From Antedon mediterranea (taxonomy: Eukaryota; Animalia; Echinodermata), in assembly GCF_964355755.1 (NCBI RefSeq), contig NC_092679.1:2076201-2140200 (forward strand): DNA of 64,000 nt. The letters run 5' to 3'. The notes under the pieces are model-generated. The model did not search any database and was not told the DNA's origin. It saw nothing but the letters and a program-made list of their open reading frames with translations. The first letter of the stretch is position 1, and the number at the start of each line of letters is the position of its first letter. Made by a program: the position numbers and the translations under genes. Shown piece after piece: positions 11,801 to 23,490 of this stretch.

Positions 11801-14523
11801 AATGACATGCGACGGTTCGGATAATCCATCGATTGTGATTGGTCAAATCACTTACGTTGCGCTTACGTCTTTGCGTTGCGCTCTATTGAGAACCAAGTTC
11901 TGTCTCTGTATCTGTGACGTACTACGGTACAACCATGTTGCCTATGTATGAATCTATTTAAACTTTCTTCTTCTTAATATCCTTTTTTTTGGTGATCTAT
12001 GTCATTGGTCAGATGTTTGCCCTACTCTGACGTAATTTGTACTACTTTACATACTAAGTACAATTGAGAATACACGATCTTGTGTCTTGTTATTAATTTC
12101 CAGTACAGTTGAAATAAACTTCGAAGCAGTATGTACGAACATATTTCAGTATGTATCATTGGGCGGTTTGGAATCTATCCTGTCGAATTTACAGATAATA
12201 CATATATATTTCCCCTGTCGGTAAGCTTAATTCTCTCAATATATAATAAATATTAATTACATAGTGTTACATTCCTTATCCGTATAAGCACTTGGACAAC
12301 TATTTACAGCCAAATTACATGTTTAATTAATTTTAATTAAAGACGAAATTGACTCATTTTCTTTAATTCTCTGTACTCGCGAAAAGGAGAAAACTCAATT
12401 TCAAAAATTCTCAAGAGAAATGCATTTCATAAAACAATCAAGTTTACAAAGAAATAATAAAGCTGAGTTTACTGAAGAGAAAATATTGTGCACACATTCA
12501 GTAGGCCTAACTAAAATGAATCATGTCCTGCGAGGCCCACGGGACAGCCGGTGGCGAGGTAAATACTAGGTACTTGATAAACAGTTCATGATGACAAGGC
12601 CTAGAAATTTGTGTTGCTTGGTCGTCAGGTCTGTGACGTAAAACGCCGCGCCATTATTAATCCGTGTCACCAAAATAATCAGTATTGTTGTATGCAAGGA
12701 TCAACCCAATTAGTTTAGACAGAACTAGGTTGTTCTCTTGTAACCAAACGAACTTAAAGTACATTCATTATTTCAAATTCAATAATCATAATTCGGGTGA
12801 TTGGTATGCTGTATATATAGCACGGTAAATTAAAACGTTTATTCACAATTATGCAGCAAAAAAAAAAAAATTAAATAATGTAAAACGGAAAAGAAGCAAA
12901 ATTAAGTTCGAAAGGAAAGTTTTGAGAAACAAAGCAATGAAATGCAAATAAAAAATAGTATAAATTATATAATTAGGCCCATATAATAAATCATACTAAA
13001 ATTATACATTACACGACTAGAAGGTTTATCGCCGACGTCGACCTTTGGCTTTGATATTGTGACGTCATAGGAATGAACTTTTGACGAATCAAAACCTTGG
13101 TTTTCCCAGTTATTGCGAATCCACTCGGCAATTTCTTTTCCTGTGTAAGTACCTGGATTTCTCGTTCCACTGGTTATTCGTCTAAATTAAGAAAAGATGT
13201 ACTTTTACAGATATAAAGAAAATGTACTGTTGAAAACAATGGCTACTGTGTATGTGTAAACCGAGTTAGTGACTGTAGGCCTACATAGCTAGCAATAATA
13301 TAATATCGACAAGGGTTCGAGGCTCACTCGCTTCATGGTTCTGGTGGCGGCAGAACAATTCTTCTCGGTCCGGGACTATTATAAGACTGTAGGTCTAGCG
13401 TACAAATAATTGTACACTTTAAGAAATATAGTACATTTTTTTTAACGAGTATGGTTCACACACAGCCATGTCTTCCAGTTCCATTATAACCAACATGATC
13501 ATTGTGGGAACTGTTGATGTCTAAATGGCTAAAGCTCTGTCTACACTAACAAACTTTATGTTGCAAAAAATGTGATGTGCCCATATATGGACATGATGTC
13601 ATATCACTACCGTATTTAAGAACATCCGTATTATATTTGGGTAGGCCTACATCGATTCGTAAAGTTTGATAGTGTAGACAGAGCTTTAAGTATACAATCT
13701 CATTACAGATACGCTCATAATGCAAAATGCATGTGGACAAATACTATTACGTAATCTGTCCAACTAGGTGGAACGGGGCAAAACAAGTGGATGTATAAAG
13801 TAAAAGAATGAATATATAATACATTAAGTTATTTTAAAATATTTTTTGGTTTAAAATGTTAATATTATACGCGAGCGATCTACGATAAATTCCGTCATTC
13901 GTGACAGGTATTTGATAACATTTGTTATTTTACTACGGGTATTACACATTAATTGAAAAATTGTAATTTTAAACTAAATGTGATTAACTGACCAGCGGAC
14001 TGTCTACGACTTATAGAGACTGTTGATATATCTATTGATATCATTAATGTACTTACTGAAATATATCCTTGATATTGTCTGCTTTTATTAAATCGATCAA
14101 TTCACCAGTTATATCCCTAGGCTCTTCTGTGGTTACCGGTGGTGGTGTGGTTGTCGGCGGCGGAGTCGGGGTAGTAGTAGGCGTATTTGTAGGAGTCGCC
14201 GTCTCCGCTAGTTTTGGTATCGGTGTAGGCATCATTTCTAACGTGGGACAAGGGACATTTAGATACAATGGGGGTAGCGGCTTGGGTGCAGTCACGTAGC
14301 CTAAACCAAACCCAATAACAATGCAAGTGACTCCAACGATGAACAAACCCAACAAAAAGTTAGTTGGCCGTAATCGGCAGACATTATTCGACCCATTTAG
14401 TAACTTATTTTGCTGAGTTTTCTTGTTTTTCTTGTTCTCCTTTGTAGGTAGATGCTTCACTTTCACAGTTTTCTCCGGTTTGTCCATTTTATCGTTCGCT
14501 ACGGGCACATTTTCCTTCGTCAT
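2856..14523 (-). CDS. M28B/GCPII-family type II membrane protein, predicted catalytically dead (transferrin-receptor-like pseudopeptidase), 17 exons, ~823 aa
   Basis: Exons 14057-14523, 13013-13181, 10858-10989, 9145-9273, 8263-8437, 8060-8150, 7730-7819, 6820-6905, 6297-6416, 5691-5773, 5006-5134, 4703-4785, 4416-4506, 4050-4293, 3588-3666, 3395-3493 and 2856-3060 join into an uninterrupted 2472-nt frame. It encodes a TM helix, PA domain ([26 protein letters not shown]), M28 domain ([16 protein letters not shown]) and TfR-dimer domain ([16 protein letters not shown]). Confidence 0.9.
3095..3248. mobile_element. MITE family A copy
   Basis: AGCTCAGTCTACACTATCAAAC ... AGTGTAGACAG, same core. 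Confidence 0.8.
3715..3905. repeat. Imperfect ~15-bp tandem repeat (CTGTCGG core)
   Basis: About 10 CTGTCGG units. A similar GTCGGTCGACGG array lies at ~29215-29295. Confidence 0.7.
6450..6575. repeat. 20-bp minisatellite AAAGTGTATTCAGGAATTGG x ~6
   Basis: Direct inspection. Confidence 0.9.
6746..6775. mobile_element. 30-bp CAGGG...CCCTG hairpin insertion, 7-bp target duplication (6/7)
   Basis: GTTTTAG|CAGGGAAGA...TCTTCCCTG|GTTTTTG. Confidence 0.65.
7282..7416. mobile_element. MITE family A (Tourist/PIF-Harbinger-like), TAA target duplication
   Basis: TIR AGCTCTGTCTA...TAGACAGAGCT, with TAA on both flanks. Confidence 0.85.
7520..7700. repeat. Degenerate (GAT)n / 21-bp low-complexity repeat
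   Basis: GAAAATGATGATAAAGA units. Confidence 0.7.
8625..9165. repeat. ~135-bp tandem repeat x4 that includes an exon end and splice donor
   Basis: TTATCTAACTCAACCATA...GGTTGCTCTATG...ACCAACCTTATCTCTGATAGA recurs four times. Confidence 0.9.
10333..10831. mobile_element. Two adjacent MITE family A copies (10333-10461; 10512-10831, interrupted by ~135 bp of AT-rich insert)
   Basis: Family A TIRs and core. The first copy is flanked by TTA/TTA. Confidence 0.8.
13259..13470 (+). mobile_element. Degenerate copy of the same SINE
   Basis: CAAGGGTTCGAGGCTCACTC...CATGGTTCTGGTGG...TCTTCTCGG is shared with 16353-16410. Confidence 0.7.
13533..13685. mobile_element. MITE family A copy containing a TAGGCCTA insertion
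   Basis: Full TIRs. GGGTAGGCCTACATC occurs where other copies read GGGCACATC or GGGTACATC. Confidence 0.85.
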
Positions 14524-16025
14524 TTTGTTCAGGTTTTGTAATCACCAGTAGGAAAAAGTATCAATTTTAAAACACAATTAAACACACAATTGATTATTAC
14601 AGTTTTCAGATTATAACACACAAATTAACACTACGCTAATGTCATATCTAGTAGTAGGCTACAATATACATGCTTCTCAAATGATTTAATTCTCCAATAA
14701 TACTCAGAAGAGACCAGATGAAGGGTATTTGGGAGTAGTATTTGAGCGCTCTGATTGGACGAGGACGTGTCAGGCAGACAACCGTTTTAGCAGACGATAT
14801 GATTCACTATGTCGATTGCGCTATGAGTATATATGTAGTTTTAAAAATAAACTTATCTTTCATGGCAAGACTAAAACACGTAAATTTATCGTATTTGGTG
14901 AACATAAGTGAAGTCATCCAAATGCTTGCGTTATTAATAATTGCCTCTCAATCATAGTTCAATTAATAACTTAAAATAAATTGAAATATGGCATATCGAA
15001 ATTTAATATAGGCCTAATAGGCCTAGGAAAAATTAAACAGCAAAATGACCCCCAGTGGTAACATAAAGTGAAAGTCCTTTTTATATATCCTATAATTTCC
15101 AAAACATAAAAGGTCAACACAAGTAAGAAACAGTACACACATAAAAATGAAAGAACTGACGCATCACACGGTTGTTAACGCGTTTATGATAAAGGCGACG
15201 CAAATACAAACGCATGTAATGTTATAGTCATAAACACCAATTATCGGGTTTTAAACAGTATTTTATGTTAAACCTACATGTGCTGGTCTGTAAATGTGTA
15301 CATATGCTGTATAGTTTGACCTACTTCTTTCTACGTCGTTTCAAAATGTGTTAATTCATAAAACATAAATGCACGGTTAAGTATGCTCTTTTAAAATATA
15401 ATTGGAATTAACAACTGAAGGCCGAGTGATCTCCTCAACATCAGTTGACGTATCGTTGGATCATTTAATCATTTTTTTTTTTGCGATGAGACGACTACAT
15501 TTCAATGATGACATGAAGCCTCATTGTAAGGCACGACCGACGTCGTATACTTAAGCATATAAACTTGAAAATATTGACGTAATTTGCTCTTTCTGACGCA
15601 AAATATCGATAGACCAAATACGACTTGATTGCGTCAAACACACGTCATACACGTATTTCACTTATATCCACGATATGACGTATATAACTAATATATACGT
15701 AAAACTTATATATAAAACGGAAATGTGCGAATGTTTAACCAATCACTATATAGGCCTAAGAACGGATACATTTCGAGTACTAGGTACAAATAGGGAGCGT
15801 TTGATTTAGGACGACCTAGGACATTATGAACTAGTTGCGTCATGTAATTCATTCTGAGCATGCGGGGAGGCATAAGACGACGGGCTTCCTAAAACGATTC
15901 GTCCTCGACACGGTTTTGGCGCGTGGATTATAGGCCTATATACAGACGTATGTAGACAATGCACAATGTCCTAAATGGTCGCAATCGAAAGCCCCGGATT
16001 TACTTGGATACTCAATACAATGTAT

Positions 16026-16131
16026 GTGAGTGAGTGAGTGAGTGAGTGAGTGAGTGAGTGAGTGAGTGAGTGAGTGAGTGAGTGAGTGAGTGAGTGAGTG
16101 AGTGAGTGAGTGAGTGAGTGAGTGAGTGAGT
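16026..16131. repeat. (GAGT)n microsatellite, ~26 units
   Basis: Perfect array abutting the SINE 5' end. Confidence 0.95.
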
Positions 16132-16623
16132 GGCCGAGCGGTTAAAGCGTGGTTCCCAACTAGCGACGCAACACAAGGACGTAACGAAACGCAAGTGAAT
16201 TGACCAATCACAAACGATGGCTTATTCGCTTGTGATTGCTAACTGTCTATAACTTCGCTTGTCATTGGTTAAAACGCTTGCGTTGCGTTTACGTCCTTGC
16301 GTTACGTTCTAGTGGGAACCAAGCTTTAGACAGTGGAACCGTAATTACATCGGCAAGGGTTCGAGGCTCACTCACTCCATGGTTCTGGTGGTAGAACGAG
16401 TCTTCTCGGATAAGGACTATAAACCGTAGGTCCAGTGTACACAACTAGCTCGTGTGCACTTTAAAGAACCTAGTACATCTTTCGAGACGAGTAGGGGGTA
16501 CCCCGGTGTATTGGTACATCACAGCCACTGATCCCCAACTGGGCCCTCTGGGAGACCAGTCTTTGACTGAAGAGGTTACCCAGTATAAATATATATTTCA
16601 ATCAATATTTCAATCAATCAATG
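16124..16623 (+). mobile_element. tRNA-derived SINE with a Deu/Nin-like central domain
   Basis: A-box TGGCCGAGCGG and B-box-like GGTTCGAGGC. The central GGATAAGGACTATAAACCGTAGGTCC...TAAAGAACC...CCCCGGTGT resembles the Deu/Nin domain. It ends in a (TCAA)n tail. Confidence 0.75.
16146..16325. mobile_element. MITE family B (~179 bp fold-back, TWA target), inserted in a SINE A-box
   Basis: AGCGTGGTTCCCA...TGGGAACCAAGCT, near-identical to copies at 26718, 51951, 63518 and 63829. Confidence 0.9.
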
Positions 16624-16947
16624 TAGCTCAAAGACAATAGAACATATAGGCCTAATAGAATTCCTAAGACTTTTTGGTTGGGTGTACTACTGGCGGGTGC
16701 GACCACAACAAAAAGATTAAAATACTTATATATAGATAATCGATATACAATTCATGCTATCAATGGCAATTAGCTGATTATTACTAGAAATCATATTTAC
16801 AGGTCAATCAAAATCTCCAGTAGACACAAAACATGTTATCTACAACAAATATGTTGGTTCAAAGGTTGATTTACATTGATTCATATTGACTTGCTACTGC
16901 TGCTACTGTATAACAATATAATTTAGGTAGAGCTACATTACCACAAC

Positions 16948-19900
16948 ATGTCTGAAGCTTTTGCTTCAGATTCTAACAACTCTACGGGAAAATCTCGTTA
17001 TGGCAGGCGAAATCTTTATCTTATGTTTGCATGTGTAGGACTTCTAGGCCTAGGAATTGGTTTGCTCTTTGCATTCTTAACTTTTCCTGAAACTTTACGT
17101 AGCCCAGAGTGTATCGAGTATGGCGATGGCAGTAATGGCGCTGACTGGGTCTCAGACAAGTTGATGAATTCGATAGTTGCTGAAAATATCGAAGAATATC
17201 TAAAGTAGGTTGCTTTTTTCTTTTATCGCCACTAATCGGAAGTATATTGTAATTGCAGGGAGATGTAAAACAAATATTTCATATCTCCCTGGTAATTGTA
17301 CCCCGATTCCGCAGCTTTCACTAGGTATATATTAACTGATCATTGACAGTCATCTAGATAGGAGCAGCAAAATAAAACACTGATGGATTCTTTTCCTATC
17401 GATTTTATAGATATTTTTCTTCCCGACCTCATCTTGCTGGGACACCAGCAGAGAAAGAAAATGCGCAATATGTTCGGGATAAATGGATTGAACAAGGAAT
17501 GGACAACGCCAAGCTAGTTCCTTACAATGTCTACTTGTCATACCCCGATACAGACAATCCAAATATGGTAGGTTCAAATTTGAATATTTTAATCTATTTA
17601 GTCATCGATTAATTAGATCCCTCCCTGGTTGAAGTAATACATTATTTGTGAATTTGTTAAAATCTTAGGTGTCGATTCTGGAAAATGATGTTGAGATATT
17701 CCGTACGCGAGAGCACGAGGATGTATTAAGACCTGAAGATGACAATCCTGACATAGTACCACCTTTCAACGCCTATTCTGCCCAGGGTACAGTCGAGGTT
17801 AGTATCAACCGGTTATACTTCTTTCTCGTATTACCAACAACATCATACCATTAAATCAAATCAAATCTTTATTTGTTCCATATATAGAAAATGTACATGG
17901 AAAAATTGTTTTCCTCGACAGAAAAATATGGTAAAACATTCACAATTACATCATAATAGAACAAATTTACAATTTAAAAACATTAATTAAAACATCCATC
18001 AACTGTAAAACTTAAAAATATATATTGCATGTGCGCTATTATGATCTAACAATTTTTGAGTTAAAAATATGAGTTGAATTTGGTACAAAAGACAGTCGGT
18101 TTCTTGACGTATCAGCTCTAGAAGCCCGTAACCGGCCTGACTTGTTCTTATAAAATCTCATATGTAATGGATGTTTCTTATCTTCTAAAATTTTACTTAA
18201 TTTACTTAGGCCTTGTTTTTCATAAAGATATTTTAAATCATTAACCGTACAACCAATTATATGTGATGCTATCTTAGTATTTCTAATGAGACCTTTCATA
18301 TAACACAACACATAATTTCCAATGTGAATGCACACTAGCAAACTTTCTGAGTTCGCTTGCACTGTTTCAACAAGTTTGTAGTGTCTGATCTAACACTATT
18401 TAAAATATACAGGCTTTGTTGGTGACACTGCCTACCTTTTGCAAACTAGTTTTCTGCAGTTTGAAGAAAATTGTCAACTGGTCTACACTAAACTTTTAAA
18501 AACCTTTACTGTCAAACTCAAGATTTGGTTCGTGTTTGTCATCGTAGACGTCTACAAACTAATTGTTTTATGTAGTTTTCAGATGGTTGTCAACTGCTTT
18601 ACACAAGCAAACTTTTGAAAATGTTTCTTCCTAAACTCCAAGTTTGCAAACTAAAGTTAATTTATCTAGTGTAGACATAAGAAAACACAGAATTAAACAC
18701 AAATGCATTTTCTACCTGCATATTGCAAACCTAAAGCAACGATTCTATTAAAATCTTCACAATTTATTTATGTCTTTAATGTATTATTCCATTTTTCACA
18801 GGGTGATCTCGTTTACGTAAACTACGCGAGAGCTGAAGATTTTGAATACTTGGAGAAGAATCATAGTAATATAGACCTCAAAGGCAAACTGGTAATTGCT
18901 AGATATGGAAAGATATTCAGAGGAAGCAAGGTAAACTTAATTTGTTACAAAATACACCTACTGCATATATTGTCACTAAGTCTGTTTTTGTACTTGCTAT
19001 ATAGAATAATATAATACGTTTCTTTGACCTCTGAAACGTAAACTGGTAATTTACCAAACCTAATCTATTCAACCAAAAGTCTTAAACAATTCTGAAGAAA
19101 TAATTTCTAATTGAGGTGATATATATCAACTATTTATATACATCTTCGACTCAGGTGCAGCTTGCCGAAGCGGCTGGAGCTAAAGGGGTAATTCTCTACT
19201 CTGACCCAGACGATTACGCATCAGAGGAAGCGAAGGATGTTTACCCCAACGATTGGTGGCTACCAGGATCAGGTGCACAACGTGGAAACGTGTTCGTTAG
19301 TGACGCAAAGGGTGACCCATTGACACCCGGGTTTCCAGCTAACGGTATGTTTACTAAACTACAATCAAATAACATACACATTTGTGTAATAATTATCATA
19401 TTCTGTCAGCTCTACCATAAAAAAAGAAATTTGTAATTTGTATTCTTAGATTACGCGTACCGATTATCGGACGAGAAGACCGCATTGACTAAAATACCAG
19501 TACACCCGATAGGATATGACGATGCTGAGAAACTTCTAAGGTACGTACACTTAATATTTTGTATTATGCAGTCGTACGGATTTACTGACAGCTCTGTTTA
19601 ATGTTGCAGTGTAGACTTCTGTAAACTATTGTTCTTCAGTTTGTCAAAGTTTACTCAACTCAAAATTTACTCGAGTTTACGAACAAATGTTTGCCAGTTT
19701 CGAATTCTGCAAACTTGTTTTCTTTAGTTTGCTAAAGTTTGTCAACTCCACTCTTCTAAGATTTTCTTTTTTTTACAGGGAACTTGATGGGGAAGATGTT
19801 CCCGAAGAATGGAGAGGGAAATTAAATGTTACCTACAAGTTTGGGCAAACTTTCAAAAATCCAAATAGGTAAATTTCGAGTAGATTCATAAAGATACATT

Positions 19901-22900
19901 AAAAATTCAGTTTACCTTGTTTGCATGCTAAAGTAATATTTTTTGTTTAAATTCTATGACAGAAAAATTAAATTGAAAGTGTTATCAAAGAAGGAAGTTC
20001 GAACGGTGTACAATGTTGTCGGCATGATCAAAGGAAGCGTTGAACCAGGTAAACGTTAGGGGAATTAAGATTAACACTATTATACAAATTAGATTATGCT
20101 AACATTTACATGTCACTGATCTATGAAACATATTATGAATAAATAAGATGAAACGATTCTACTAATGCTTCTCAAACACATCCATCTATCTATTAAAATT
20201 AAATAAGTAAATATGTTGTAAAGCTCTGTCTACACTATCAAACTTTGTGTGACAACAAAATGTGATGTGCCCATATATAGAAATAATGATGTCATATCAC
20301 TTCCATATTTGGGCATATCACTACCATATTTGGACACATCACACTTTCTTTGTTAAACTAGTTTGATAGTGTAGACAGAGCCTAAGCATGTTGTTGTTTC
20401 TTGTTTTAAGATCGTTACGTCATCCTCGGAAACCATCGGGACGCATGGGTTTATGGAGCGATCGATCCATCGAGTGGCAGCGCAGCTATGATGGAGGTCA
20501 CCAGTGCTTTTGGGAACCTTCTTAAAACTGGTGGTTAGTATAATATTATAGTTTATTGATTCATAGCACACGTCGGCCAGTGGTTATGGTGCTCTAGATG
20601 TGGATTGGCAGGATAATAGACGACCACAAAGACATCTCAATTCATGACAAAGTCACCAAAACTGTGGAAAAGTCCAAAGATACGACATTGTTCTCTCCCG
20701 CTGTGCTAGTTATGTATTATCTTATTTACACCTGAAGTGATTTAATAGGTTAATAAGAGGATCTCATTGTTGTTATGTTTCAGATTGGCGACCAAGACGC
20801 TCCATACTTTTCTGCAGTTGGGCCGCGGAAGAATACGGCCTACTTGGCTCAACTGAATATGTAGAGGTATATAATATTCGATCGATCATCATCATTCCAT
20901 AAACGATAGGCCTACAGTATCGCCAGTATTAAATACATCAACTCAACACTGTGGTCAATTGCCATTAGACAATAATTGTTGTTTTAAATTTCTTTTTTGT
21001 TTGTTTTTAGGACTTTCAGCGAGTGTTATCCGAAAGAGGTGTGGTCTACATCAACGTTGATTCAGCAGTAACTGGTAACTACACACTCCAAATGAAATCA
21101 AGCCCATCACTCAAGAAAGCACTGTTTAATGCTGCAAAGAAGGTACTACTACTTACTATCCGTTTATATTTGACAAAACGCGTTACTTCAAACGCAAAAG
21201 AAAGAAAGAACATAAATAACTATGTTGATGATGCGTTAAACAATTTATTTTTCCAAATCTACATAGGTACCATCGCCAGACGATGGTTTTTCGTCAACAT
21301 TTGATCTCTGGCTAAAACGCAATGCAGATTACGATGAACCAACGCTTCCATAGTAAGTAGGCCTACAGGGTATATAAGAGGACAACTTCGGGGGGCATAG
21401 CAGGGATTTCCATAGAAAGGTCTTTATTCTAGTGTTAAAACCATGTAGGGGCATTTTAAAGGAGAAGTTTCACAGTATGAAGTTAGTACATGTGGTTGGC
21501 ACATTAATCTACCAAATTACGTCATCTATTCATGTCATTTCTTGTTTTATTCTTGATCACAGTATAGGTTATTTGGGTTCTGGAAGCGATTTTGCTCCTT
21601 TTATGTACCGGATTGGAATTCCTGGAACCGATATTTTGTGGACATTTGATCCCGTATGTATATGTATCTGTTTTTTTTTCCTGATTTGTTTGTATTTAAG
21701 ACAGGACCACAATGCAAAACAGGTTTCTTTTACCTGATTGTGTAATCCTGTATAAATAAATAAAAAGTATCTATAAGCCTAATCATTGTTCAAGTATATA
21801 TTCAATTGTTTCCAGCTTTAATATCATATAATCTGTTGTTTTTATATTTAAAAGAGGCTGTCATTATCGTCGTATCCAGTGTATCATTCAGTCTACGAAA
21901 CGTTTTATCTCGTCAAATCGTTTCTCGACTGGGACTTCAAGCGTCACCAGGCAGTAGCCCGTGTGTGGACAGAAGTTGCGCGCGATTTCGCAGACACCAC
22001 TATCTTGCCAATTGACTGTGTGGATTATGTTAAAGAAATTCGTAGATCAATCAATTCTATTCAAAGTTTGTACGGAGATAACATTAATGAGCATGGAATT
22101 ACATTTGGTAAGAAAAAAAGAACATACGCTAGAATATTTTCATAAATTCAAGCTCGAATAAAATCTTAATTAAAAAATATGCTCTGCTATTCTTTTTTTT
22201 GTATAGATGCCATGTTTTCAGCAGTCGATAATCTGACAAATGTAGCCACAGATTTCCACGCAAACGTTAAGGACATGGACTTGTCTGAGTGAGTATTTAA
22301 GTACAACTCAAGTTTTTGTTGAATTATCGAGGAGACAAATATATATGATGAAACATTTTGTAATGCCATTTTTTAAAGAAAGAAAGGAGGTATTTCAGAT
22401 TGTCTGGCTATCAGTAAGTCCATTCAACCAACAAGGAACGCAAAGGTTATTATCAACGTTTGCAACTAGACTTAGATACAAGAAGAAGTACCGATCTAAT
22501 ATACCCTTTCTCAACTGACATTTCGAATATTTCACAACAGATTGAATTACATTTTGAGTGAACTTTCATCAATTTATACTTTCACAGTATTCTTGCAGTT
22601 CGAAAGGTGAATGATCAACTGATGTTATTCGAGAGGGCGTTCATAGACCCACTTGGTTTACCTGATCGAAAGTTTCTCAAGTAAGTTTTTCCAAACGTAA
22701 ACGACGTTTTACGCTGACAAATTACGGTACTAAACAATGTATAGTTTGATTATATTTCATTTTTTTCTAGGCACGTTGTCTTTGCTCCGAGTAGCAAGAA
22801 CTACTACGCAGGCGACGCGTTCCCGGGCCTCCTTGACGGTCTTTACCGCATCGACGAAGATCCAGATCAAGATGGCAGATGGGACGCAGTACGTGAACAT

Positions 22901-22966
22901 ATGGCAGTCGTAGCCTTTATGATCCAATCAGCTGCCAGTACTCTTAAAGACGTCACTGAATACTAG
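16948..22966 (+). CDS. Glutamate carboxypeptidase II / NAALADase-family peptidase (M28B), 17 exons, intact active site
   Basis: Exons approx. 16948-17204, 17411-17567, 17669-17797, 18802-18930, 19155-19344, 19450-19540, 19779-19868, 19963-20048, 20411-20533, 20784-20866, 21011-21142, 21267-21352, 21563-21653, 21855-22107, 22208-22287, 22588-22680, 22771-22966. Motifs: [70 protein letters not shown]. Confidence 0.93.
17256..17291. mobile_element. 36-bp CAGGG...CCCTG hairpin insertion, perfect 7-bp target duplication
   Basis: GTAATTG|CAGGGAGAT...ATCTCCCTG|GTAATTG. Confidence 0.8.
17853..18310 (-). mobile_element. 5'-truncated non-LTR retrotransposon (Rex1/Babar-like ORF2 C-terminus)
   Basis: [11 protein letters not shown]...SGRLR...[10 protein letters not shown]...FN* followed by AATAAA and a (GATTT)n tail. 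Confidence 0.7.
20222..20382. mobile_element. MITE family A copy
   Basis: Full TIRs and core. Confidence 0.85.
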
Positions 22967-23490
22967 GATCGATTGCTCAGTTGTAATTAATAACGTAGAT
23001 TTTGCCAAAACATATCAAACATTGAAATATACTGGTATAAGTGCGCCCATAAATGTGTACTATCTAACATTTTTATCGCAACAGCGATGCGATAACTTAG
23101 GATTAAGATATATGTTGGTATATTATAATTATGGATTCCAGGATACTGAAATAAAAGTCGGCAACTTCAATCACAATATCTGGTCTTAAACATCGACCTT
23201 ACACCTATTAATGTCGTACTAAATCAATTTTATATTAGGCCTATGTATAGTGTATATAACCTACCATCATGGTAATACTAAAAAAAAACTTGATTCTGAT
23301 TGGCTACAAGATAGTAAAATAAACGTCATGATATTTTCGCGCCTAATCGACGGGGTACCGCTTATTGGTATAGCAGAGTAGCAGTAGAGTATGACCTGGG
23401 TCTACACAGGGTCAAATACTGTGGTTTAGATAATCTGAGTTAACAAACGAAATAGGTATAAAAGGCCTACGCGTAAACGAAGATTTCAAC

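Noticed and set aside
15936-16211. THSL-repeat ORFs and other short ORFs over MITEs and minisatellites
   Set aside because: These are translations of the (GAGT)n microsatellite and repeat DNA, not genes.
16131-16380. tRNA gene
   Set aside because: The A/B boxes belong to a SINE head interrupted by a MITE, and there is no cloverleaf.
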